Below, in pieces: positions 38,190 to 45,496 of a stretch of 64,000 bases of DNA. This stretch comes from a virus (Duplodnaviria > Heunggongvirae > Uroviricota > Caudoviricetes). Position 1 is the first letter of the stretch. Every line of letters begins with the position of its first letter. Where the stretch lies: IMG/VR virus record IMGVR_UViG_3300027710_000009; one strand, written 5' to 3'. Below the pieces are notes generated by a model. The model was not told the DNA's origin. It ran no database searches and saw nothing but the letters and a program-made list of their open reading frames with translations. The translations under genes and the position numbers were made by a program.

Positions 38190-38369
38190 CTATGCTCCTT
38201 GATAGAAGTTCAGTTCATCTTCTTCAGCAAGTTCTGGGGTGTTCCAAACATTACGATTGTTCCACTCGCGAATACGATCCAATCGTTCCTGTTCTGTCAT
38301 TTCATAACATCTAGGATTACGATCGGGCTGTCGCAATGTTTCAACACCTCGTTGAAATATTTCTAACAT
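38190..38369 (-). CDS. Small hypothetical protein (59 aa; not in the ORF track)
   Basis: Own translation begins MLEIFQRGVETLRQPDRNPRCYEMTEQERLDRIREW. TAATG coupling with ahpC. Coordinates approximate. Confidence 0.3.
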   Translation of the reverse strand: MLEIFQRGVETLRQPDRNPRCYEMTEQERLDRIREWNNRNVWNTPELAEEDELNFYQGA

Positions 38370-38908
38370 TAAAGTGTTTCACCGCCAACTGTACGGTTAC
38401 ATGCACACAGCTCGCCAGTTTGTAACGCATCAAGAACACGAAGTGTTTCTTCTGGGCTACGGCCTACGTTCAAGTTGTTGACTGTAACGTGTTGGATAAC
38501 GTTGTCTGGATCAACGATGAATGTTGCGCGAAGTGCGGCACCTGCTGGAGCATAGAAAACTCCTAATTGATCGATAAGACTCAACTCGCCACGTTGTGTG
38601 TCAGCGAACTGGTTGTGTGTGATTTTCTTCAAATCAGCATGAGCTGTTTGCCAGCTGACTTTACAGAACTCATTGTCTGTTGAACCTGTAAGCAGGACTG
38701 CATCACGGTCGGCAAAGTCACCTGTTAGTTTGTCGTAGGCTACAATTTCTGTAGGGCAAACGAATGTGAAGTCTTTTGGATAGTAAACAATTACCTTCCA
38801 CTTGCCGGGAAAGCTCTCATCTGTAATTTCGAAGAACGCATCTTCTGGCTGTCCAGGCTTGACACCCGTGACTGCGAATTTTTCTAACTTGTGTCCAACT
38901 GTTTTCAT
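38369..38908 (-). CDS. ahpC: Peroxiredoxin (AhpC/TSA family)
   Basis: Peroxidatic-Cys motif FTFVCPTEI, with a thioredoxin-fold alignment along the whole length. Confidence 0.85.
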   Translation of the reverse strand: MKTVGHKLEKFAVTGVKPGQPEDAFFEITDESFPGKWKVIVYYPKDFTFVCPTEIVAYDKLTGDFADRDAVLLTGSTDNEFCKVSWQTAHADLKKITHNQFADTQRGELSLIDQLGVFYAPAGAALRATFIVDPDNVIQHVTVNNLNVGRSPEETLRVLDALQTGELCACNRTVGGETL

Positions 38909-38986
38909 TTTGATTTCCTCTATAACAATGAATTAATGTGTATATTATACACGAACAAAAAAGCTCGTCAAGACTTTTTGGCACAA

Positions 38987-39544
38987 TTAAAATCGTACTG
39001 TGAAGCCTGTCATGACTCCGTCGTAATTAGCATCACCACGAACAGATTCATAGGCAAAGTTGATATCCAAGGTCTTGGACATGTGCAACACATAAACGGC
39101 ACGCCATCCACGTGTGTTGTCATTGTATTGGTCAGCATCAACTGCATTGCGATATCTCCAGCCTAATCTAGCAGTGCCAGGTCCAACGGCCATTCGCACA
39201 CCTGGTTCGGCACTGTAGTAGGCAAACTGATTGCCACCCACAGTTTTGATTCCTAGAGCAGTACGCACATAGGGTGTGATTACAGTGCCAGTGGGCAATA
39301 ACAAACTCGCACCACCTTCCAGTCGATTGATTGCAACTTTGGTAGCATCTGGAATCACAGTTTCAGCAATGGCATCAACAATAACGTTGTCCATGCGATG
39401 ACCCACAACAAACTGATATCCTGTGTCTGTTGCGCCAGTTGGACTTTTTCCAAACATGCTGTTGATGCCAGCAAAGGTCTGGGCTTGTGCAACTCCGGTG
39501 GTGATTGCTAGTAGTAGCAAAACATTTTTTAATTGATTAAACAT
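38987..39544 (-). CDS. Outer-membrane beta-barrel protein (OmpW/OmpA-like), paralogue 1
   Basis: Signal peptide MFNQLKNVLLLLAITTGVAQA, alternating amphipathic beta-strands, and a C-terminal aromatic ...GFTVRF. AGGAAAAC RBS. Confidence 0.6.
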   Translation of the reverse strand: MFNQLKNVLLLLAITTGVAQAQTFAGINSMFGKSPTGATDTGYQFVVGHRMDNVIVDAIAETVIPDATKVAINRLEGGASLLLPTGTVITPYVRTALGIKTVGGNQFAYYSAEPGVRMAVGPGTARLGWRYRNAVDADQYNDNTRGWRAVYVLHMSKTLDINFAYESVRGDANYDGVMTGFTVRF

Positions 39545-39600
39545 AAGTTTTCCTATAAGAACAGGGGCCAAGGCCCCTGTTGTGGTTGAATAGTTCTAGA

Positions 39601-40158
39601 TTAGAACTTGAAACCAACAGCGACGTTGGTAGCATTGTATGTGCTGTCACCGCGAACTTGATCGTAGCCTAGGCCAACAAAGTAGTTCTTGGTCAGTGCA
39701 TACTCAGCACCCAAACGGTATGTACGAGTGGTGTCTGCGTTTGCACTGTCTAGTGCGGCACGATAGCGATAGCCTGCTTTGACACTCAGTGCCGGAGTCA
39801 CCGCATACTTGATGCCTGGCTCCACTGAGTAGTAGGTATAGTTGGCCGAAGTCTTGAACTTCTCACCCACTGCACCACGACCATACACGCTGAACCCAGT
39901 GCCGCCAATTGGTTGCGTGGCTGTTAGGCCACCTTCCAGGCGTGTGTCGCTGAGATCGTTGTCAGTGTTGGTCTTTTGACGTAGACTGAAATCGGCCTTC
40001 AACAGTTGATTGATATCTGTGCCCATGGTTACCTTGGTGGCACGAGCATCTGCTGTACCATCAACGCCGTCACGACCACTGTATTCAACAGAGCCAAAAC
40101 CGCCTGCAAAGGCAGTGCTTGCGGCCAATAGTGCGGCCAATGCGATAAACTTCTTCAT
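39601..40158 (-). CDS. Outer-membrane beta-barrel protein, paralogue 2
   Basis: Signal peptide MKKFIALAALLAASTAFA and a C-terminal ...VGFKF. Same RBS type as paralogue 1. A GC-rich hairpin separates it from paralogue 1. Confidence 0.6.
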   Translation of the reverse strand: MKKFIALAALLAASTAFAGGFGSVEYSGRDGVDGTADARATKVTMGTDINQLLKADFSLRQKTNTDNDLSDTRLEGGLTATQPIGGTGFSVYGRGAVGEKFKTSANYTYYSVEPGIKYAVTPALSVKAGYRYRAALDSANADTTRTYRLGAEYALTKNYFVGLGYDQVRGDSTYNATNVAVGFKF

Positions 40159-40257
40159 TTGAAAATTTCCTTTTTGAAAATGTGCGCTGTTACGCAACAC
40201 ATGGATTATATATGCTGGTTACTACTGATGTCAAATAAAAAGGCACCAAAGCGACTG

Positions 40258-40977
40258 TCATGACCAGTATTTGCTGTTGTCCAAACTGTCCCAGTACTTC
40301 TTGTTGTTGCGGTTAACAAAGTTCTGGACCAAGTACTTGGCCATACCAAAATAGCCCATCTTCTTAAACCTACGGCTGTCTTGTCCAAAATAGTGATTGA
40401 GTATGCTAAACTTTTTTGGGCTGTAGCATCTAGATAGGAAGTAGTCTTCAGAAGTTGACATCTGCTCAGGAAAGCCGCCGTACTCTTCAAACCGGTCTCT
40501 GCGTGTGAGCATGAATGCGCCCACAGCAAATGGACTGAAATGTTTTAGAACGCGATTGATACCGTTGAACACAGCAAAGCCAATGCTGGCACGTTTGTCG
40601 TTGTCATAGCATTTGATGTTCAGCCCTAGTAGATCTAGGTTCTTAGATTCCAATTTGGCTACTGCATCACGAATCGTGTTGACATTGAAGAAGCGAACAT
40701 CAGCATCAATGAACAAGATGTAGGGTGTGGTAACCAAGGCAGCTCCGCGGTTCTTGGCCTGGCTGACTGGACCACCATCAATGATTTCAACATTCAATTT
40801 ACCCTTTAACTTTTGAATCACTTCTCGAGTGTTATCTGTAGAACAGTCTGCAATAATAATTCTAGTACTACCAATCAGTTGATTGCGTAGATGTAATAAC
40901 AAGTATCCAATGTAATTCTCCTCGTTCTTGCAAGGGATCACGATTGTAATTTTTTCACTTAGGATTGTTTCTTGCAT
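40258..40977 (-). CDS. Family-2 glycosyltransferase (GT-A fold)
   Basis: ITIVIPCKNEE in the N-terminal Rossmann region, followed by the FIDADV (DxD) motif. Confidence 0.7.
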   Translation of the reverse strand: MQETILSEKITIVIPCKNEENYIGYLLLHLRNQLIGSTRIIIADCSTDNTREVIQKLKGKLNVEIIDGGPVSQAKNRGAALVTTPYILFIDADVRFFNVNTIRDAVAKLESKNLDLLGLNIKCYDNDKRASIGFAVFNGINRVLKHFSPFAVGAFMLTRRDRFEEYGGFPEQMSTSEDYFLSRCYSPKKFSILNHYFGQDSRRFKKMGYFGMAKYLVQNFVNRNNKKYWDSLDNSKYWS

Positions 40978-40998
40978 TCTGCTACCACCTTGAAATTC

Positions 40999-41883
40999 TT
41001 AAACTTTAGTTGCCACGTGATTGTGTTCAACACCTGCTGGCAGGTCTGTTGATCCGGAAACACCAGCTCTATTTTTCCGGGTTGATCTTGCGGGTCGTTG
41101 ATGTGTACCGCTATTAATATCATCAGCCACATTGTCATGCTCCTTGGTCCAGGTCACAATTTCCCAGCGACCGTCATGATGTTCTACCAGTGCTGTGCAT
41201 GACTCAACCCAGTCGCCGTCATTCATGTATGTGACACCATTGATTTCTTTTATCTCTGCGTGATGTATGTGTCCGCAGATCACACCATCAAAGCCACGCT
41301 TCTTACAGTAGTTGGCCAAGTTCTCTTCAAACTTGAACACAAAGTCTACTGCTTTTTTGACCTTGTGCTTAAGAAACTTGCTAAGGCTAAAGTACCCAAA
41401 ACCCATACGGCGACGAATCCAATTAAATTTATTGTTGAGGTTAAGAACAATGTCATATGCTTTGTCTCCTAAAAATGCTATCCACGGGGCCAGTCTAGTA
41501 ATGCCGTCAAACAAGTCTCCGTGTACCACAAGATAGTGTTTGCCGTCCACACCTATGTGTTCTGTTTGATTGCACACTTCAATAAGGCCAAAGCCAATGC
41601 CCAGGGGTATGAGTGGTCTTAAAAACTCATCGTGATTGCCTGCCACATACACCACACGGGTACCGCGCTTGGCGTGACCCATGACTCTGCGTACCACATT
41701 GGTATGGCTTTGTTTCCATCGCCATTTGTTTTGTTGTATTCGCCATGCGTCAATGATATCCCCTACCATGTAGAGTGTGTCGCATGTGTTGTGTTTGAGA
41801 AAGTTGTTGAGTTGCTCTGCCTTGCAATCTCTGGTGCCAAGGTGTACGTCAGAAATAAAAATGCTACGATAAGTTTTCTGCAT
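40999..41883 (-). CDS. lpxH: UDP-2,3-diacylglucosamine hydrolase LpxH-like metallophosphoesterase
   Basis: Motifs SDVHLG, VGDIID, GNHDE and ICGHIHH match the LpxH order D-x-H...D...N-H...H...H-x-H. Confidence 0.65.
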   Translation of the reverse strand: MQKTYRSIFISDVHLGTRDCKAEQLNNFLKHNTCDTLYMVGDIIDAWRIQQNKWRWKQSHTNVVRRVMGHAKRGTRVVYVAGNHDEFLRPLIPLGIGFGLIEVCNQTEHIGVDGKHYLVVHGDLFDGITRLAPWIAFLGDKAYDIVLNLNNKFNWIRRRMGFGYFSLSKFLKHKVKKAVDFVFKFEENLANYCKKRGFDGVICGHIHHAEIKEINGVTYMNDGDWVESCTALVEHHDGRWEIVTWTKEHDNVADDINSGTHQRPARSTRKNRAGVSGSTDLPAGVEHNHVATKV

Positions 41884-41935
41884 AGCAGTATTTATCGTAG
41901 CATTGTGTTACAAAGATTACAGTTGTGTTACGAAC

Positions 41936-42094
41936 TTAAATCCTTACCAAAGTCCATTTATGTGTAAAAGGTTTGCCTTCGGCCTTGTGTTTCGCAATCT
42001 TGCGGAATTCTTCTTGACGAAGCTCCGCAATCTTTTTGGCATCGTGGTCGACGCAAGCCCTGTACAGTTCAACTAAAAGTTTTTTCTGTTTCAT
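41936..42094 (-). CDS. Small hypothetical protein (52 aa; not in the ORF track)
   Basis: GGAGG RBS. Own translation begins [29 protein letters not shown]. Coordinates approximate. Confidence 0.3.
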   Translation of the reverse strand: MKQKKLLVELYRACVDHDAKKIAELRQEEFRKIAKHKAEGKPFTHKWTLVRI

Positions 42095-42117
42095 GGTTGA
42101 GTCCTCCTGGCAAGTAT

Positions 42118-42762
42118 TTATCTTTTCATTAGATCGTTTGTAAAGTCTAACAGTAGTTGATGATGATAGCCGTTATGATAGTGTGGTTTGAGATAGTTGT
42201 GCATGTCATACCACCACTGTTCGCTTTCAGGATGGCATCCCATTATTCCAATACGATCCTGATATATGGCCATCGGGTCACCGTTTGCGTAACGGGCAAC
42301 AGTGTCAAATTTGCTTTCATCGCCTGCCAGAGCACAGCCGTCATAGAAGTACATTTTCATATCTTCACCTTGCCAGTTTACAGGGCAGGCCTTGGCATGT
42401 GGGCGGCGTGTGTCTGTGTTGGGTTGTGTGATGTACTGCACAGCATCCACTCCGTCTAGGATATCAAAGTAATGGGACCCTGCCCAGTAGGCTCCCATGC
42501 AAATGCCCAGGTATCGGCCGCCATTGTTTACAAAGTTTTTGATTCGATGTTCGTGGTGCTTCATTAGAAAATGATAGCTTTCACTATCCCCGTCGCCTCC
42601 GGGAAAAGCCACAATGTCCACGCCATCAAAGAAATCTTTTTCCATGTTCTGCTTGGTGAAGATTTTGAATTTATAATACTCGGAAAGGGCCTCCATCATT
42701 GCATTTCCGCATTGCACAGACGCCCTGGGCTGGTACAAAAACATTGCGATGGTGGGTTTCAT
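42118..42762 (-). CDS. Class-I glutamine-amidotransferase-like (DJ-1/PfpI/BPL_N-like) protein
   Basis: [11 protein letters not shown] ... [15 protein letters not shown] resembles the nucleophile-elbow region of GATase1-like folds. Start refined to MKPTIAMF. Confidence 0.45.
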   Translation of the reverse strand: MKPTIAMFLYQPRASVQCGNAMMEALSEYYKFKIFTKQNMEKDFFDGVDIVAFPGGDGDSESYHFLMKHHEHRIKNFVNNGGRYLGICMGAYWAGSHYFDILDGVDAVQYITQPNTDTRRPHAKACPVNWQGEDMKMYFYDGCALAGDESKFDTVARYANGDPMAIYQDRIGIMGCHPESEQWWYDMHNYLKPHYHNGYHHQLLLDFTNDLMKR

Positions 42763-42770
42763 AACAGTAT

Positions 42771-43019
42771 TTACTCGTCCTTGGATTGTCGTTTTTTGAT
42801 CTTCATTCCTACAAAGGTTCCACAGAATGCTCCTATCATGGCAGGAATAAGCAGCCAATGATTTGTGGTATAACTGATAACTGCAACACTACCAAGTAGG
42901 TAACAGGCCACGCTCCAGAAACTGGCGCCCATCACATTATCTTTTGCAACACATCTTAGATAGTAGGTGTACACAACGTCAAGAAAAAATATAGAAAAAA
43001 ATGTTATTATGTAATTCAC
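42771..43019 (-). CDS. Hypothetical polytopic membrane protein
   Basis: Hydrophobic ORF with a GTG start. Confidence 0.35.
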   Translation of the reverse strand: MNYIITFFSIFFLDVVYTYYLRCVAKDNVMGASFWSVACYLLGSVAVISYTTNHWLLIPAMIGAFCGTFVGMKIKKRQSKDE

Positions 43020-43026
43020 AGAAGTA

Positions 43027-43052
43027 TTAGAAAAGAATGGGCCCGGAGGCCC
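43027..43052 (-). terminator. Intrinsic terminator of the tmRNA gene
   Basis: Minus-strand GGGCCUCCGGGCCC hairpin followed by AUUCUUUUCU. Confidence 0.6.
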
Positions 43053-43461
43053 ATGGTTGTTTATTTGACAGGGTAAGTCCTACCCCGCTGGTTTCGCTGT
43101 TTAGGCGAAAGCTGCCTCAGTGCGAGCAGACTTGGAACCGCCGAAACGGAAACCTTTGCCTACTGTTACTTTAACACCAGATTGTGTATTTGCTTTTGCA
43201 TTTACTTTTTTTGCGTCTACGGCCGAGTTCCCCCAACCCTACGGTTTCTGCCTTACCGTGCTGTCCACTTGCTTACTCTTTGCCCTGTCGAAACCATGAC
43301 TGGCCCATCATAAAAGGACTAGTGCAAACACTACCAGTACAACAACTACCCCTATCGCCAAACTACCCAGGTTGTCATTCATACCAATCTCCTTATGGTG
43401 GACCAGGCGGGAGTCGAACCCGCGTCCAGAACACTTTTCTATCCGCTTCATACAGCAATAA
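43027..43461 (-). ncRNA. ssrA: Circularly permuted (two-piece) tmRNA gene, organised as acceptor piece, then spacer, then coding piece
   Basis: The 3' end, ...UCUGGACGCGGGUUCGACUCCCGCCUGGUCCACCA at 43396, is nearly identical to the tmRNA 3' end GGACGCGGGUUCAACUCCCGCCAGCUCCACCA. An 89-nt spacer follows. Then GGGCCAGUCAUGGUUUCGACAGGG at 43306 matches the tmRNA 5' end GGGGCUGAUUCUGGAUUCGACGGG. The two form a 7-bp acceptor stem with a G3:U70 pair. Downstream, UAGAC-GCA introduces an open tag frame with no start codon, ending ...TEAAFA-UAA. The gene has its own promoter and terminator. Confidence 0.7.
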
Positions 43462-43466
43462 CTTAC

Positions 43467-43495
43467 AGTATATATTTATTCAGGGGAGTTGTCAA
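43467..43495 (-). promoter_or_regulatory. Sigma70 promoter of the tmRNA gene (TTGACA-N17-TATACT)
   Basis: Minus strand: TTGACAACTCCCCTGAATAAATATATACT. The predicted transcription start is about 65 nt upstream of the CCA end. Confidence 0.55.
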
Positions 43496-43690
43496 TGAGA
43501 TATTGTCTCAACCATTCCTGTGCTTGATCTTCTGTGTCAAAATAAGGACCAACCAACTTACCCCTAGAGTCTCTCCAAAAGTAAGTATCTGAATTTGTCC
43601 ATCTATCTCTGATGCATTCAAGTACCATATACAAAATTTTATCAGTGGCAGTAGTCGAACCTGCGCCTTATAACCTTTTCCTTTATATAG

Positions 43691-43894
43691 TCAATACTTA
43701 TCAGAGTTTACAGCATAACCTTGGGCAAATGCAACCACTGGATCTACCTTGCGCAACATCACAGCACCAGATGCAGTTTTGCACACTTGCAAAAAATCAC
43801 CTTCTTTGAATCGAATCTTCTCCAGCGGAAGTTCTTCGTCTAGAATAATGTACTGCCCATATTCAATGTCTATTGTGTAGTCGATGTGTTTCAT
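43691..43894 (-). CDS. Hypothetical small protein
   Basis: The internal ATG MKHIDYTIDIEYGQYII of a longer track ORF, which overlaps 43977-44312. Confidence 0.3.
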   Translation of the reverse strand: MKHIDYTIDIEYGQYIILDEELPLEKIRFKEGDFLQVCKTASGAVMLRKVDPVVAFAQGYAVNSDKY

Positions 43895-43976
43895 GCATGT
43901 ATTTACATACCTGCCAATTTTGGCCAAAAGAAAGCCCACTGCATAGAGTGGGCCTTCAGTGCGACAGCGTGATCGC

Positions 43977-44312
43977 TTAGGCAGTAACAGTTGCCTTAGT
44001 AGACGCTTTAGTAACTGGCTTGGTAGAAGCCTTGACTGTAACACCAGCAACCTTGACAGTTGCGGAACCGTTGTACTTCTCGTCAGCGGCATCAATAGCC
44101 TGCTTGAACTCTGCACGGTTGTACAGTTCGGTTGTCTTGAGGTGGGTAACCAACTCAGGCTTGCTCATGGCCTTAGGCAGCTCAATGAGCTCAATCTCAG
44201 TGTGGCCAGTTTTAGCCAGTACCTTGACACGAGTCATGTCGTTTGCAAAGCGAACTTTGAACGAGCCTTTGAGTTTAGAAACACCAGCGATTTTGAAAGA
44301 TTTGTCAGACAT
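43977..44312 (-). CDS. Hypothetical basic protein (possibly DNA-binding; Lys/Thr-rich tail)
   Basis: ORF with a C-terminal VKASTKPVTKASTKATVTA low-complexity basic tail. Confidence 0.4.
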   Translation of the reverse strand: MSDKSFKIAGVSKLKGSFKVRFANDMTRVKVLAKTGHTEIELIELPKAMSKPELVTHLKTTELYNRAEFKQAIDAADEKYNGSATVKVAGVTVKASTKPVTKASTKATVTA

Positions 44313-44427
44313 TCGGAATACTCCTGTTTAGTTTAGAGATATGATACACCGTGTACCATACCCATATTGTACTGCACTTTTGAAATGGTGTCAACCACTT
44401 CTTGGAGGCAGTTTGTCCAAATTCTTT

Positions 44428-44550
44428 TCATTTGAGTTGTCGCGCTTCTTGCTTGATAACTTGGACGCCTTGGTCTGCCCAACGTGCCACACCAGAGAAA
44501 CCCACTGTGGCTACAACAATGCCCAGAACGAATGCAATGATGTGACTCAT
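44428..44550 (-). CDS. Small membrane peptide (40 aa; not in the ORF track)
   Basis: Own translation: MSHIIAFVLGIVVATVGFSGVARWADQGVQVIKQEARQLK. Coordinates approximate. Confidence 0.3.
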   Translation of the reverse strand: MSHIIAFVLGIVVATVGFSGVARWADQGVQVIKQEARQLK

Positions 44551-44552
44551 GA

Positions 44553-45026
44553 TTAGGCCTCCACTGCTTCGGTTGCAAGTGCTTCGCTCAGGAGCACCAG
44601 ACGCTTGTAGAACGGGCTGTTCTCGTGCATGCTACCACAGTACCACTGACCGTTTTCCATCACATAGTAATACTCTGCGTCACAGCCTTCAGCACGTTCA
44701 AGGAACTGTTCAAAAGTGTGATCCACTTTGTACTCGACGCCAGTCTCGCCACGATCGCGTCCGTAAAAGGTACACATGTCTTCGGTGGCCAACTCAAACG
44801 CATCCTGCTCTTCGGCAGGCAATTCAAACTTGCTGAATGCATGCTTCTCGCCGATGTTGGCTCGCAGGCTTGACAAATCGCCAAGTGCTACCAGCTGATT
44901 GGCCTTTGAGCTGTCATAGTTTGCTTGCAACAGGCGTCCGTTGAATGACAGATAGCCATCCCAATGACAGTAGACTGATTTGCAAACTGTACCGTGCATG
45001 ACTGCAATGCGACTGCGTGTACCCAT
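44553..45026 (-). CDS. Hypothetical protein (157 aa)
   Basis: ORF. Confidence 0.4.
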   Translation of the reverse strand: MGTRSRIAVMHGTVCKSVYCHWDGYLSFNGRLLQANYDSSKANQLVALGDLSSLRANIGEKHAFSKFELPAEEQDAFELATEDMCTFYGRDRGETGVEYKVDHTFEQFLERAEGCDAEYYYVMENGQWYCGSMHENSPFYKRLVLLSEALATEAVEA

Positions 45027-45055
45027 TTTGAACTCCTTTTAATTACAATACAACA

Positions 45056-45084
45056 AGTATAAACGAAATGGTCTTTTTGGTCAA
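45056..45084 (-). promoter_or_regulatory. Sigma70 early promoter, cassette copy
   Basis: Minus strand: TTGACCAAAAAGACCATTTCGTTTATACT. Confidence 0.5.
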
Positions 45085-45089
45085 CCGTT

Positions 45090-45350
45090 TTATGCGCTGA
45101 ACTCGTAGAATTTAACGCCAGGGTCAATGCTGATCAACTGCTTGGCGGCCTTGGTCAGCTGGCGGTATTTTGCTTGCACCTGTGAGCGTGGCAGTTCGCC
45201 ATCGCATGTCAAGTTCTCGGGGCTGAGGTCTGCGTCAATGCTGTCAGCCACTTCCTGACGACCCTTGGCAGTTTGCAGTTCAAACTGGCGACCCTTGAAA
45301 ATAGCGTTCCACTTGTTTTTCTGTTCCACGTAGGCTTTGAGTTCTTTCAT
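45090..45350 (-). CDS. Hypothetical protein (86 aa)
   Basis: ORF flanked by two copies of the promoter cassette. Confidence 0.35.
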   Translation of the reverse strand: MKELKAYVEQKNKWNAIFKGRQFELQTAKGRQEVADSIDADLSPENLTCDGELPRSQVQAKYRQLTKAAKQLISIDPGVKFYEFSA

Positions 45351-45380
45351 TGCTTGCTCCTTTTGTTTAACTTAGCCTAT

Positions 45381-45409
45381 AGTATAGCAAAATGGACCAT
45401 TTGGGTCAA
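45381..45409 (-). promoter_or_regulatory. Sigma70 early promoter, cassette copy
   Basis: Minus strand: TTGACCCAAATGGTCCATTTTGCTATACT. Confidence 0.55.
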
Positions 45410-45423
45410 CCGTTTTTTGCCAG

Positions 45424-45464
45424 AAAAAACCCCTGCAAAACTGTTGATTTTACAGGGGTTTTTT
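45424..45464. terminator. Bidirectional intrinsic terminator (CCCCTG-17 nt-CAGGGG with an A-run and a T-run)
   Basis: Minus strand: AAAAAACCCCUGUAAAAUCAACAGUUUUGCAGGGGUUUUUU. A promoter follows directly. Confidence 0.55.
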
Positions 45465-45496
45465 GTTGCTTTTTCGCAACAGTTGCTAAACTGCTA

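Noticed and set aside
43396-43440. The tmRNA 3'-end fragment read as a phage attP core, implying an integrative/temperate element targeting host ssrA
   Set aside because: The matching tmRNA 5' end, D-arm analogue, resume-codon context and tag frame lie 89 nt downstream on the same strand, with a dedicated promoter and terminator. No integrase or excisionase is present in the window. The permuted-gene interpretation explains all the parts.
43640-43670. A second GGTTCGAC T-arm-like element (GGCGCAGGTTCGACTACTGCC, minus strand), considered as a tRNA or the tmRNA 5' region
   Set aside because: No acceptor-stem complement and no anticodon arm could be built. The T-stem has a G-A mismatch at the conserved 53-61 pair. 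It may be a tRNA pseudogene fragment, but this is not supported.
44333-44578. The 81-aa minus-strand ORF (MQPKQWRPNHESHHC...)
   Set aside because: It is the wrong frame of the region. A 40-aa transmembrane peptide with a proper start (44428-44550) is a better fit, and the rest is probably the 5' UTR.
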